A program made the position numbers and the translations under genes. The notes below the pieces were generated by a model that was not told where the DNA came from, did not search any database, and was given only the letters and a program-made list of their open reading frames with translations. A stretch of DNA of 64,000 nt, taken from Nymphaea colorata (lineage: Eukaryota). The stretch is taken from positions 10,416,001-10,480,000 of the forward strand of contig NC_045138.2 of NCBI RefSeq assembly GCF_008831285.2, in the 5' to 3' direction. This document shows, piece after piece, positions 26,501 through 39,410 of the stretch (position 1 is the first letter of the stretch; the number at the start of each line of letters is the position of its first letter).

Positions 26501-29500
26501 TCCACCAACTCTTGCAATTAAACTTTCAACGCTTTTAACTTAGGTGGAGACATTCTATAAGTGATAGCAACAGGTGGAGTTTCTGGCATAAGTTCAACCG
26601 CAAATTCGACCTCACGAGGTAATCCAGGTAATTCTTTTGAAAATACATCTAGGAACTCACAAATAATGGAAATATCTTCCATTCTTTATTGAGGAATCGA
26701 GGTATCAACCACCGATGCCAATAAAGTTTCACACCCCTTCATCATCATTCTTCAGGTTATATGACAAGAAATCAGAGACGTCGACAAAATTCTACATTCC
26801 CCTTGAAATACTGCTTCAACAACATTTGTAATATAAAATCTCACTTCGTTTATGTTACAATCTACCAAGACATGATATTAGCTAAACAATCCATGGCTAT
26901 AATTATTTCAAATTCTTGAATTTGAATGGGTATCAGGTCCGCCATGATATGAAATATACCCTATGAAAAGGTACAACCATAAGACAATGTTTTGACCTCT
27001 ACTATGTCCCCCAAGAGTGTAGATATGGCTAAATGCAAATATAAAACACTACTTATCTGTTTTAAGGATGTGGCAACATTAAATAATACAAAAAAAAAGT
27101 TGGAACTAGGAACAATGTGCAAACAAACCTCCCTATTGAAAAAAAAAGCATTTACTTGAAATCACATCGGGAGATGCCACAGCTTCTTGAATTGACAGAA
27201 TAAAAATTCACCCTTGCCCTCGAGTTGCACCTCCTTTTCCTCGATTGTGTTGGGCTAAACTGGTTGGTTTGCTCAGACCTACAGTTGATGCATTCCCAAT
27301 TCATGAAGATTGAGCCTCCACTCTGCCTTCTTGAAACAAAGTACAATCTCTTTTGGTATGCTCTATCTGTCCACACTCATAACGACCTCGGAACCTTTGC
27401 CAACATTCTCCTGGATGTCTACACCCACATGTTTGATAGGGCTCTATGAATCCTGATGACTCTGAAGTCGATCCTATCCCTGAAGTAGTGTAATGGCGTC
27501 CCCTGCTCATGGAATAATCAGTTCCCCTCTGACTAGCTGATGCAAAACCACCACCCTCTGAAAAGGCGTCTATTGGCGCTGATATGGCCACTCTGATCGG
27601 TATGGTTGTCAAGTTCTATTGCTTGATACTGGCCCAACCTCAGTCTTTCCCTTGTATTGACCATGAGCTTCTTTTCTTTATGTATCACAGACTCTGCTTG
27701 TCACACTACCTCTACCAACTGTGTACACACTTTGTACCCTGTTGAGTCCACTTGTCTTTTAATTTCTAAATTTAGTCATTTTTTGAACCATTTACATCTT
27801 TCTGCTTCACCCAAGGTCACTCGAGTCAAAGTAATTAACATTCTAGTAAATTTTTATTCATACATGTCAACTGATATAGCACCCTACTTGGGTGGTTGAA
27901 AGAATTCTTGCATTTGAATCTCTAAATAAGTAGTTGAGTAATACTTTTCTTCAAATTCATGCAAAAAGTTACCCATTGTTATTGCATTCTGATCCAGGAG
28001 CTTCTCACATACAAGATCCCACCAAGCCTCAATACATCTTGCAACATAATAACTATTTGCAACATAATAACGGTCACTAGGATAAAATTTCGAATTATAA
28101 CACTAATAAGATGAGCATAACATGAATATAATGGATACTTTTTACATAATATGCAATGCATAATAAAAAACCTGAGTCTCACTTCGACCTACACACTGGG
28201 AACCCAGAGGCTAAAAAATAATGATGCTTAGCCGCCTACTCACAACTACTATCTTGCTCAACCGAAAAAGGAAAAGTTCAAAAGATAAATCCTATTGACT
28301 CAGTGATCATCAAGCTATGAACAGATCATCATTGAAAACAAATACAAACTACAATAATTAAGGGATATGTTGACATGTGCAACTTTCCAGTCTAATGAAC
28401 TTTCTCATATCACTTCTTACATAAGTTCACTCTATCGCCTCAAGAAAGACTTGCTCTCCACTTGATGTCCCACACGTGAAGGACTTGCTCCTTCATGGAA
28501 TCTTGCAACTAACGACCATCTTTCTTGTAGGCTATTATTGGTCATCGCCCTTAGGGGCCCATGCAGCCATTTACGATAAAGACTTGCTGAAAAGTTTTAT
28601 TAAAACTTTCATAAAATTGCCCTTCTCATTTCTCAAGAAGCAAATTATTAACTATCTCATAACTATACATTTAAAATATTGTTGTGCTAACAATCTATTA
28701 CATGCTAAAACATAACCATCAATGCTAAGACAATTTAAAACCAACCAGCACACCTACATAAATAGATAGCTTACTTAGTCAGTACTTCAATAGATATCTC
28801 AACCTTCTTATATACGTCCACCTGCCTAACCATCAATAAATCTCTCAACTAAGCTGATGTCTTCCTCAAATTCATTCTCCTTTAATTGAACTCATACCAG
28901 GATTGTAAAGGACTTCATTCATGTTGAAATTGTTGGATAGTGGCCCTGAGCCCTATCCTTCACTTCGTAACTGCAATTGGGCCAAATTGGAGTTATGAGA
29001 TTAAGTTAAGAAAGAAAACTGATTTCCAAATTAAAGTTTTCATTAAACATAATTAAAGTCTGATTTATTACCATTCATGAGATTGCAAGGCATTTCTCTG
29101 GCCATAACCGACACTGGGATTTGGGAAATCCTGGGAGGTGGACTATAAATTCCCAACTCACGTCTATGTGAAGGTTGATCATGAGATCGACATTGCAGCG
29201 CGTCCCAGAAGCAAACCCACAAATCAACTCTTTCCCTTATTATGTCTCTTTTCTACATTGGTATCAAAGCCACGGTTCTTCATCTCCTAAGTAAGCCTGT
29301 TTCGATCTCTCTGCTGCCTCTATGCATAAGTATATTGACATGAAAGCATGCTAGGTATCAAATAGATTATATGAAGCATGCTAGACAGAACAAATGAATG
29401 TTTTTGTTTTGATTTACATCGCTGCACTATGTGTACTGTATCTCTAAGTTTGAGAGAATCATAGATCAATATTTGTGCTCTAGACATCTCTCCATGATTT

Positions 29501-30276
29501 TTGACGCTAGAGTTTGAAAGGAAAACACTGAGTATAATAAGAAATCAGAGGGGATTACTTTCGAGCTGTCCTCTAGCTAGAAATGGCCTGCTATCTGAGC
29601 AACAGATTGCTAGCTCTACTGTGCAGCTGGAGGAGAGGCTCAATATAAAACAGAGATATAGAATAGAAAAACATGTACCTTCCATCTGTCTTAGCAGGAG
29701 AAAAGCTTTAATCTCTCCACCCCTTTGTTTGCTTTCTTCCTCTGCCGTTTTATTTCATTTTTTGTTCTTGACCAGTAGACCCCTGCCTATCGCTCCGTTA
29801 AGGCTGACTGATGGCTCATCCGTCGCTCTGAACTCTAGGAGTTGTCGCTCGATCGGATGAAACTCTGACCTTTTTTTTTATATATTGCTCGACCCAAGTT
29901 GTAGATAAAAAGGATTTACCATTCCATCTTCTGATTGAGCCAAAGGATCCACCGCTCCTCTGTCACTGTCGGCTTAAACCAAAAAAAGACCTTTGCCGAA
30001 GAGCAGTGTGCTGGTCGTAGGTCGACCATGTTCGCCATCCTCATTTGGTTATTCTCCAGCACTGAACCTGACCCAAGTAGAGGGTTCAAACTTCCTCCAC
30101 GCAGCGAACCAGAAACCCAACCTAGTGCGAGAGTCCTCCAAGTTTTCTGCTGGTCACTGGCTATAGCACAGATCGTCGCCCTCGCAGAGAACGTCAACTT
30201 TCTTGTAGGGGCAGCAACAGCAACAGCCCAAGCACGGAGAAAGATGGCGATAGGGCCTGGCCGGATGAAACCCTAA

Positions 30277-31364
30277 GGGGGCGTTGGATTGCCCGGTTAA
30301 AAGTTAATTTTCCAGAAAAAATGGTACGGGCGGGTGAAATTTCACCTGCCCTACTAAAAATGCATCAAACTGGGTGAAATTCTCCCCATTTCTTGCAAAA
30401 GGGAGTGGGTGGAATTTCACTCGCTCGACACCCTCCCCCCTCGCAGCTCGCCTTCTCACCATAGCACCAGCTCTCACCGTCGTCGGTCCGCCGTCGTCAC
30501 ACTCACCATCGCACCAGAGGCCGCTCTCACCGTCATCGGTCCGCCGTCGCTCCGCACTCACCATCGCCTGTCTGCCGTCGCATCAGAGCTTCAATCGCTC
30601 GGTTCAAGCGTGAACAAGCCTAACTAAGCCTGAGATCATTTCAGCTACGATCGACAATTCAATCGTGGTTAACTTTTGAGGCTTTGGGTGTCGATAGATT
30701 CCTCTCAAAGAGATTTTTCCAAGGGAGGTGAAATCGTGACGATCGGCCCAGTATAGAGCGAGTTACGGCCTTCGAAAGTCGTAACGGCTTTTGTCCTACT
30801 ATTCCGCCGACCAGTCTGTGTTTCCGGCGACTTTGGGGGCGATCGGACCATTGGATCAAACTGATTCCGATGCCATTCGATCTGTGACATCCATACGATC
30901 ATCTCCACCAAATTTGAGGATGATCGGACCACTGATAGCGAATCTGGATGCGACGGCCGGAATATGGGGGAAATCAGCGGCATCCATTCCTGAGAATGGC
31001 GGAAACAGGCGACAGGTGAACAAAATCTTCAAGACTCAACGAGGTGGCCATAGACTACTCGGATTTGCCTCAAATTTGGGTGTCCAATCCTGACAATGCT
31101 GGTTTGCTCGTGACCAAATTTGGTGATTTTTTGAGACTTCTACGATTTTATACAAATTTTAGAGCGAAGAGGGAACCCTCAATCAAGTTAAATTTTTCCT
31201 TTGCATCAAACAAACATGGTTAAATTTACCAAGTTAAATTCTTTTTGTATATCAAACAGGGCTTCAATTGAAAGAGAAAGAAATTTCATCCTGTAAATTT
31301 TTTTAAAAAAATTACCATGGTAAATTTACCACGTTAAATTCTTCCTTGTGCATCAAACGCACCG
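30277..31364. mobile_element. PIF/Harbinger-like non-autonomous DNA transposon nested in the copia element
   Basis: TIRs GGGGGCGTTGGATTGC / GCATCAAACGCACCG, TAA on both flanks, subterminal GTTAAATT repeats. Confidence 0.75.
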
Positions 31365-33767
31365 TAAAGGGTTCTCGCGAGTGGTGAAAGAAGCTCTCGT
31401 GAGGAGAGAGAAATCGGGTGGAATAAATGAAAAGAACGAGGGACGGGTTGTTTTTTATACCCAAGATTAGAAAATTACATAATTAGTCCACCTTATAAGC
31501 AACATTTTTAAAAACGCTATCGCAATTTGCAGAATTTAAAGCCGCTACAATTTTTGCTGAAAACTTTTTCAAAAGGAGGCTTGCGAAAGTTAATTTCGAC
31601 GAAAACCTAGAATTCTATACGAAATTGTAAAGTGTTACCCAAAAGGTTATTATAAATTGCTGAAAGAGGGTTCAAGAATATTGTTTTGCAATTTCAACTA
31701 AGAATAGAGTCTTTATGTACAATTGCATATGTGTACCACTCAAGATTATTAAAAATGCAGACAAAAGTTTTCGAAAATAATTTTGAAAAATGAGAATGGT
31801 ACACCATAAAATTTAATATTGAGTTTTTCCTTGTTTTAAGTGATACCTTAGAATGTTATTGGAGATATTCTGATATATTATTTTCCTTGTTGTTTTCCAT
31901 GTATTATTGTTTTATACTTGTCATGGAATTAATTTAGAAATGACTTTAAGAGTGGGAGCGTCAGGCAAAAACTGAAAAATGGTTAGCAACATGTTTGTAT
32001 ACTTATGCAATTTTCTTATTATGTGCATACATGACACAATGGCGGTATAAACCTAGTGTTTTCTACACTAACTAAAATCATATTTGGATATTGATATTAT
32101 GTTGAAACATGTTCACATTGGATTTGGTTTTGGATCCTCTTCTTGATGTCATTGTTTGGATCTACATTAGATTGATCTGAATTTCAATAACCAACAGAAT
32201 TTTATTTTCGATCTAATTGTTACTTAAGATCCATATTTGTATTCAGTTTTTTAATCATGACATATTTAAATCAAAATTTATTTGGATATGGTTAAAAATC
32301 CATATCTGGTTTATGTTGGTTCAAGTATATGCTATTATACTTGCTTTACTAATATTCATCATCTTTTTGGGTCCATGCACATATTAGATATAACCAAAAC
32401 TTTATTTTATATATATCCATTTAGTTGTTGAATTTGGATCTTACACTAAACTTTGCACTCCTTTGGAGCATGATCTGAGTAGACATGTTCAAGATCTATA
32501 TCTTGTTTATATTAGATCTATTATGATGAACATTGATTTTTAGACCTAATGGTTTTACGAGTTGTACACATTCAATGTGAGTAGCACTAGAGTGCTAAAA
32601 GATGAATTTCAAAGAATATTTTTGGGATAAAGATTATATTACTATGTGTTTATCCTATTTAAAATGAATGATTATATTATTGCATGTTGGTATGCTAAGA
32701 GGTGTAAATCAAAACTCTTAGACATGGTGAGATCCATATAACATTGTACTTGGTTTATGATAGATTTTAAATCTAGATTAATTTAGCTGGATCATTGGCT
32801 CCAAATACTGATACTGACAATGAATACCGTACATCATCGTGTTTGCCTTTTGTAAGGTAACATTCATAAGCATGATGCAGGCCATATTAATAAAATATTT
32901 TATTTGAAGATTTGTTCTAGTAAATGAAATTTTATTTGCCCTTATCAAAGATGGCTAGCAGATATGAATTCAAATTATTCTAGAGTGTTGTTCAACAATG
33001 CTTTATTTACTTCATTGTTGATGTAAACTTGTTTTAAATGTATGTTCAAGAGGTGCAATGTAACACTCTTGAACTGACACTCATATGAAGTTTGAATGTT
33101 TTTATATGGAGACTTATTTTATTTGCTCTTAAGGGTGATGAGTTAGTATGAATATAGACAGACATCATCTCAAGGTAAAGAAATTTTCCTTGTTGCACCT
33201 TATTCAAGAATTGAGGTATTGTTTGATCCAAACATGATTGTTGAAATCATGTTGTACAATATTTTATATGGATCATTTGTGTTTTAAATACAGATTAGTT
33301 GTATTGTGAATATTGCTGGTTTGATCCGAATTTCTATATTTAAACTGATGAAATCCACATTACATAAAGTTTAACTTCATATCTAAATTGACTTTTTTGG
33401 ATATGTGAGAACAAAAAAAATTAATATATTTAGTTCCAATATATGTTATCATGTTTGCTTTTAGATCTGATCGCATTGTGATATTTGTTGTCATTCTAGA
33501 TCCAAAGATCATTCTAAAGAACTATTGAATAAAGCTTCAGGTACTTTTCTTTATTAAGAAAGTGAATTTGTTTTAATGCATGCTCAAGAGATGTAACATA
33601 ATACTCCTGAACAAAATTCATATTGGCATATTGGCAAGAATGTATTTATTTGAAGCTTTATGGCACTAAAGTGCTAGTACATGATAACTTGTTTTTCTTA
33701 AAAGAGAGATGAGGTAATAATGATCCAAATATGGTTGTTGAATCGTATTGTATAATATTTCTAAGAA

Positions 33768-34010
33768 GAACAGTTTGACAATAAACCAACTGAATAACAG
33801 TTTAGCAATGAACCGACTGAGGAAGAGTTTGGCAATGAACCAACTGGGTAACAGTCTGGCAATGAACCGACTAAGGAACAGTTTGACAATGAACCAACTG
33901 GGTAACAGTTTGGTAATGAACCGACTGATGAACAGTTTGGCAAAGAACCAACTGGGTAACAGTTTGACAATGAACCGACTGAAAAACAATTTAATAATGA
34001 ATCAACTGAG
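33768..34010. repeat. 27-bp minisatellite, about 9 copies
   Basis: Unit about AACAGTTTGGCAATGAACC(A/G)ACTG(G/A)G(T/G); seen in the ORF track as the 9-residue repeat NSLxMN(Q/R)Lx. Confidence 0.92.
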
Positions 34011-37000
34011 CAAGATTCTCTGGGGATTAGTCTGGTAATGAACCGACTATCCATTTGATGATTAAGTTTGATCGATTGAATATACTAATAAGTGATCAGG
34101 TAATGAACCGACTAAGAATCAATGTGGTAATGAACTAAGTGAAGCTTATTAGTGATCTCAATGATCATCTTGTGAATACTTGAATTGAGATATTTGAATT
34201 ATTGATGCATGCATTTGTTGGCGGAGCTATGTATATTGATGAAAACTATACAAAATGAAAAGTGCTTGTATAAACTCTGAGTTAACTGCTCATTTTATTA
34301 AGTAGTCATAATAAAGAATAGGTGTTGCTAATCAAGTTGATGGCTATGTAAACATTTGAAAAATAGGAGCACACTTGAATATACCATTTGTTTTGTTGGA
34401 AAACAAATACATGTTTTGTCGTATGATTATGTAATGCATGAATTTAGAATAAAAGTTGTGGAACTCCTGTTGTTTAAGGAGTTAAGTAACTGTGGAAAGC
34501 AATAAAAGAAAAATATACCATGTGCTTTCAATGTATATTGGTTTGGGTGTTGGACTTGTTACAAGCTATTAATTTGGCTTGTCAGTATATATTTTAAGAA
34601 AGTTCAAGTTGACTTTGTTTTAAGGTAGTTAAATGTTTTCAAATATATGATTGAACAAAAAATATATTTATGATTGTTAGCCTTTTTAACAAAAGGAATT
34701 TCAAATGATTTATTTGCCAAACATTTAGCCCGTATAGGACTAAGAACATCTTCGTTTGCCTCTTTGTGAGGAGATTGAAAATTATTCAGGTTGATTTTCA
34801 TTTTTGAACAGGAACATAATATATATGTGCATTTCAAATGCGTACCTGATTGCTAACATTATTATCAAGAGAATTTTTAATGATTTTTATGTAAAACTTG
34901 TGGTCCACATGTGATTAATTTTTAATTATATTACGATGGAAGTACTTGTGCATAAAGAAAACCTCGTAACAACTGTGGAATATATTGAATACTTGAAAGG
35001 CTGCGATGGAAAACCGTTGAAAGGAAAACCTCACTATAAACATTGAACGAAAATTGAAGTTACGATGGACAAACCAATTATTGAAAACCTCATAACCAGA
35101 AATCAAGAAAACCCACACATAGTGGAAGCAAACTAGCGGTCTCGTGGCTAAGTGAGAGATGTTGGATAGTGGCCCTAAGCCCTATCCTTCACTTTGTAAT
35201 TGCAATTGGGCCAAATTGGAATTACGAGATTAAGTTAAGAAAGAAAAGTAATTTTCAAATTAAAGTTTTCATTAAACAGAATTAAAGTCTGATTTATTAC
35301 CATTCACGAGATTGCAAAGCATTTTCTCTGGCCATAACCAACCGACGTTGAGATTTAGGAAATCATGGGAAGTGGACTATAAAGTCCCAGCTCACGTTTA
35401 TGTGAAGATTGATCATGAGATCGACATTGCAGCGCCTCCCAGAAGCAAACCCACGAATCGACTTTTTCCCTTATTCTGTCTCTTTTCTACTTCTTCATCT
35501 CCTAGTCTACTATTCACACTGCTAATATTCCTACAGAAATGAACTCTAAGTGCAACTCAATAAATGACTCGTGCAGCTTCAGCCCCATCTAAGACTAACA
35601 CAAAACTGAAATTCCTCTTTTATCCCACAATCTTCGCTTGACGCTGACTCTTTAGCCATCAATAAATGAACGCATAAAAATCAGCCTTCAAAACTGTAAC
35701 CGTGTGACTCACGCAGCCCTCCATAAACAAGTAATACCATGTCCATGATGAATCCCATACTAAAACTGATAAACACATGATTCTCTTTCAACAATTTTAA
35801 CAAGAGACGGTCAAACTTCGAATATATACATCTACTTGAACCAAAAACTGAAATTTAAATGACCTTACCTTCTCTACCGTACTTTTGTTCCTTTATTTCT
35901 CAACCACTTGTCTGCCCCCTTTCTCCCTCGTCTCTTCTCTCCTTCTCCCTCTTTCTCTCTTCCCTTCTCTCGTTCTTCCTCTCCCGTTCCTCTTTGTCTT
36001 CTCCCACGCTTTCAAACCCTCTCTCGTTTTCTTGAAAGAAAGAGGGGAGGCGCACCTCGTGCGATAAAAACCTCCCCTTTGAGTTTTACAAATTCGGCCC
36101 ATAAAGAAGAAATGTTTTTCAAAATCACTCAATTTAGTTTAAAATGTTTTTAAATAACCTCCTTTAAAACTTATAGCGATCTTCTCAAAAGCCAAGCTGC
36201 GCAATAGCCTGCTTCGGCAGATTCGGTCGGATCCCTGAAAAAATGCAATAACCTGTATTTGAAGTGATACATGGACGGCTATCAAAGAAAACGAAAGTTA
36301 ATTTTTTAATATCATTTTATTGATATATCAGCCGATACAGGCCAGGTGGCAGCTGATACCTTGAAGGGCCATATTTCTATTTTGTTTTGTTGTTAATATG
36401 TCTAGTGTCATGCACTATTTATTTTTTATTATTTTTAGATGTGTTGAAGTGTTTCTTATTTTTAACTTTTTGTATATACTTCTTTTATTTTTAACATGTA
36501 GAATATCTTTTTGATGATTTGTAACCGACGAATCGTTGAATCAGCAGCCTGACTTATTCTATTCAAATTCTGAATTTTACAACTGATTTAGAGCATCTTC
36601 TTTGCTTTCAAGTGTTTCAAAAAGGAGAGAGTTATAAACATTGTCTGGTATTTTTTATTAAGACAAGAAAAAATATGAGTGCTTCGGGTTCTGCTTTTTA
36701 TGCTGTCAACTGGAACAAAAAGTGGGGATAGAACAAAACAATTATAAAAGGGACGTATACTATAACATAATGGGTCTCATGGTCACACTTGGCCTTAATC
36801 AAAGCCACCCACTTGGAGGTTCTTTGTGAGAGCAATAAAAATTCAAAAAAAATCTCGAAATCAAACTTCAAGATGTATAAATTTTCAGCTTGATTGAAGA
36901 GTACCACTTGCACACGAGCAAAGTGGAGGCACTACAAGAAGGGCAGTGAGACCACCAGATGGATGATAAGGAATTTATCAATCCCCACAAAAGTTGGAGA

Positions 37001-38583
37001 TACATATTGGCGAGAGGATAATGCACAAAATAGCCTGAAAATAAATAGGGACCTTATGATGTCCAACTGAGAGTCGTGACTGCATCCATTCTTCGAGACA
37101 ATCTGTTCAATCTTTTGTGGCAGAGCGTCAAATTTCTATGAAGCACGGGTCTTCTTCCCAACTTAGTACAGAACTCTTCCTGAAGATTGTTGTAGCAAAA
37201 GATAGTTTCAAATTTTCAATCATTAATGATTTTGAGGTAACATGTTCCTTATAACATAAAGGTGATCGGAGAGAGTTTCACATCCAAGTTTCCTGTGCAC
37301 CTCCTTTGTGCAGGAAAGAACATGGTATAAAATCACAATCCTCAGCCATGGCTCGACAAGAAATCAAGTCATCAAAGAGGATCAGGTGCTGACTAATAAG
37401 GGTTCAAACCTCCTAGCGAGAAGGACGATAAGTGATGTCACCCTTACCCTCAGTAAAGTTGCAAACCTCAACGCATTTAAATAGTAGGGATCATAGTAAT
37501 GTCAACTTGTTCATAAGTAACAAACAATGTGTAAAGGCTGTTGAAGCAAGAGGCGGTGAATCTGTGGAATGGCAGGTGTCCATATGTTAGAGCCAAACTC
37601 GGAATTCTGACTTTGCTGACTCATAGCAAGGTGGTGGGGACATAGTTGGCCTTGATAGGCTCCGATAAGGTGATAACTAGGTTTGACTTTTCTTATTGTA
37701 CGAGGCACCAGTTTCCAGTTATTCAAATTGGTGGGGCCAGGCTGAGTAGCATCATCTATTTCTTGAGGTGTATTTCCAACGTAGACAATAATGATAAGGT
37801 CCTGAGGATGCATTTCCAACGTAGACAATAATGGTTTCTTCTAGAAAGATGGTGATCAGTTGAAACGGACAAATTTATAATCTTACTGGTAGCATCATCT
37901 AGTTCTTGGAGATTTTCTTTCAACATGGACTTCCTTTTGCACCTCTAACCTTTGCAGACCTGTCGGCATAAACTAAACAATTTTCTTCTCCATGATTTTA
38001 AACACACACACACACACACAGTGCGGTGATACAGTAGCACTTCTTTTTATCGATTAGTCACTTTTTGATGTCCTTATGTCTAACATGTACCAACCCTTGT
38101 ATTGGTAGCTGCCTATCTGGTTTCAAAATGGGAAATGTCTTCTTGATTTCTAGTGGAGAGTTGGGATCAAACGGTCTCCCTAAGGGACCCATTTTTGTGG
38201 ACAGGATTTAGTTGCTTTAGATAGCAAGCAAGTGCATTACGTTTATGTGTTATGAAAGTCTTTGAAGCTGTCTAGCATTACATGTTTAGACTTAAGTATT
38301 GAATCATATTGCATGGAATGCGCCATGGAACAGAAACTTGTGCTTACCATTGAATTTGATTGGTATGAGCTGGTCTGCAAGATAAATCTAATGAATTCAG
38401 GTGGATCTGAAAATTTCTCTTATCCTGTTTTGATCATATCCTAGATAATAATAAGTCACATATGGTTGGTCTTTATCAGCCAAGTGAAAGTCATCTTCAT
38501 CTATTAATTTTTTAGATAATCCATGCTAACTTACCTACTCGTGCACTAATAATGGATTGTATGTATCCTTTTGCTGCTACAAG

Positions 38584-39410
38584 GTGTGCTGGCGCTGGAA
38601 ACCTGAGAGATGACATCCTACACTACAGAAAAGAGTTGCAGAAATGTTCTGACATTGATGACGAGAATATGGCCTACCTTATGGACATGGGCATCAAGGC
38701 CTTCAGGTCAGTAGTCTCTGAGGATTATAGTTATTACAATTAATTCTACTGTTAGTCCAAGTAAGCGAGAACAACTGTAGCAATTTATTCTACTTCTAAT
38801 TTGCTCGTATATTTTTTTTTGCCTCACTTCTTACTGAAAATTTCTTGAAATTACTTTGTGCATCCTTCACTTATTCCAGAAGCGTTAATGTCGTTGTGTA
38901 GTAGATCCACCAGCAGCATAGTACTTGTGAGCAAGAGAGAAAAGAACAGACAAGGGAGAGATAAATTTTTGGGGGTTTGGTTCTGAGAGGCACGTTGATT
39001 TCTCAACTACTAACTCTATTAAGGTATAGACGCTGGGTTTACCCAGCTACGGTTATGGCAAGGAGATTTAAGGAAAGAATTAAAACTGAAACATAATATT
39101 GTGATTTATTTCCAGTTTTAATTCCATAACTGCATGATCTTCTTTGCAGTTATAGAGAGAAAGGGATAGGGCTCAGGGCCACTACCCAACAGTTTCTGCT
39201 TTATTTGTCAAATGCTACTTACTTAATTTTGACCTTGTAAATGTGTATTTGTTTACCTGCCGGAGGTACTTCTACCTGATTGCATTCAGGTCTTATCTCT
39301 TTACTACTGTGAAGACAACTACAGGCACAAATGAATCTCGATTCAGTTCATGGATGGAGGCAAGACCAGAACTCGGCCACCTGTGTGACAACCTGAGGCT
39401 TGACAAATAG
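38584..39410 (+). pseudogene. 3' fragment (last two exons) of a plant paladin-like PTP/phytase-domain gene
   Basis: Exon 38584-38706 encodes CAGAGNLRDDILHYRKEL...YLMDMGIKAFR. Exon about 39263-39410 encodes RYFYLIAFRSYL...FSSWMEARPELGHLCDNLRLDK*. Recognised as the paladin-like C-terminus. No upstream exons found, and the expected acceptor reads CCG instead of CAG. Confidence 0.75.
38897..39191 (-). mobile_element. Solo LTR related to the 28931-35535 element, inside the paladin-like intron
   Basis: Reverse complement starts TGTTGGGTAGTGGCCCTGAGCCCTATCC, nearly identical to the LTR start at 28931, and ends ...CTACA. No clean TSD. Confidence 0.75.

Larger units (their letters stand above)
28931..35535 (+). 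mobile_element. Non-autonomous Ty1/copia-like LTR element (Bianca-like), complete ends
   Basis: LTRs 28931-29257 and 35160-35535; TSD GAAAT at 28926-28930 and 35536-35540; PBS TGGTATCAAAGCC 29259-29271; PPT AAGTGAGAGA 35150-35159. Only faint coding relics, e.g. LTKGISNDLFAKHLARIGL (RNaseH end) at about 34686-34742. Confidence 0.88.
22820..36112 (-). mobile_element. Old, degenerate Ty3/gypsy chromovirus (Tekay/Del-like) with long flanking direct repeats
   Basis: Minus-strand gag/protease relics about 27960-26800; RT ([31 protein letters not shown]) joined to RNaseH ([19 protein letters not shown]); integrase 25700-24700; chromodomain tail REDEMRSRYPYLF near 24600. Flanked by diverged direct repeats 22820-24586 and 28070-28930 plus 35541-36112. 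Exact ends uncertain. Confidence 0.8.

Noticed and set aside
29900..31100. Cluster of GC-rich 70-110 aa ORFs as captured genes
   Set aside because: No recognisable domain; they lie inside non-autonomous transposon interiors where GC content lengthens chance ORFs.
33748..34038. Repetitive ORFs on both strands, or a CRISPR-like array
   Set aside because: Units are contiguous 27-mers with no unique spacers and no cas genes. The open frames follow from a repeat length divisible by three.
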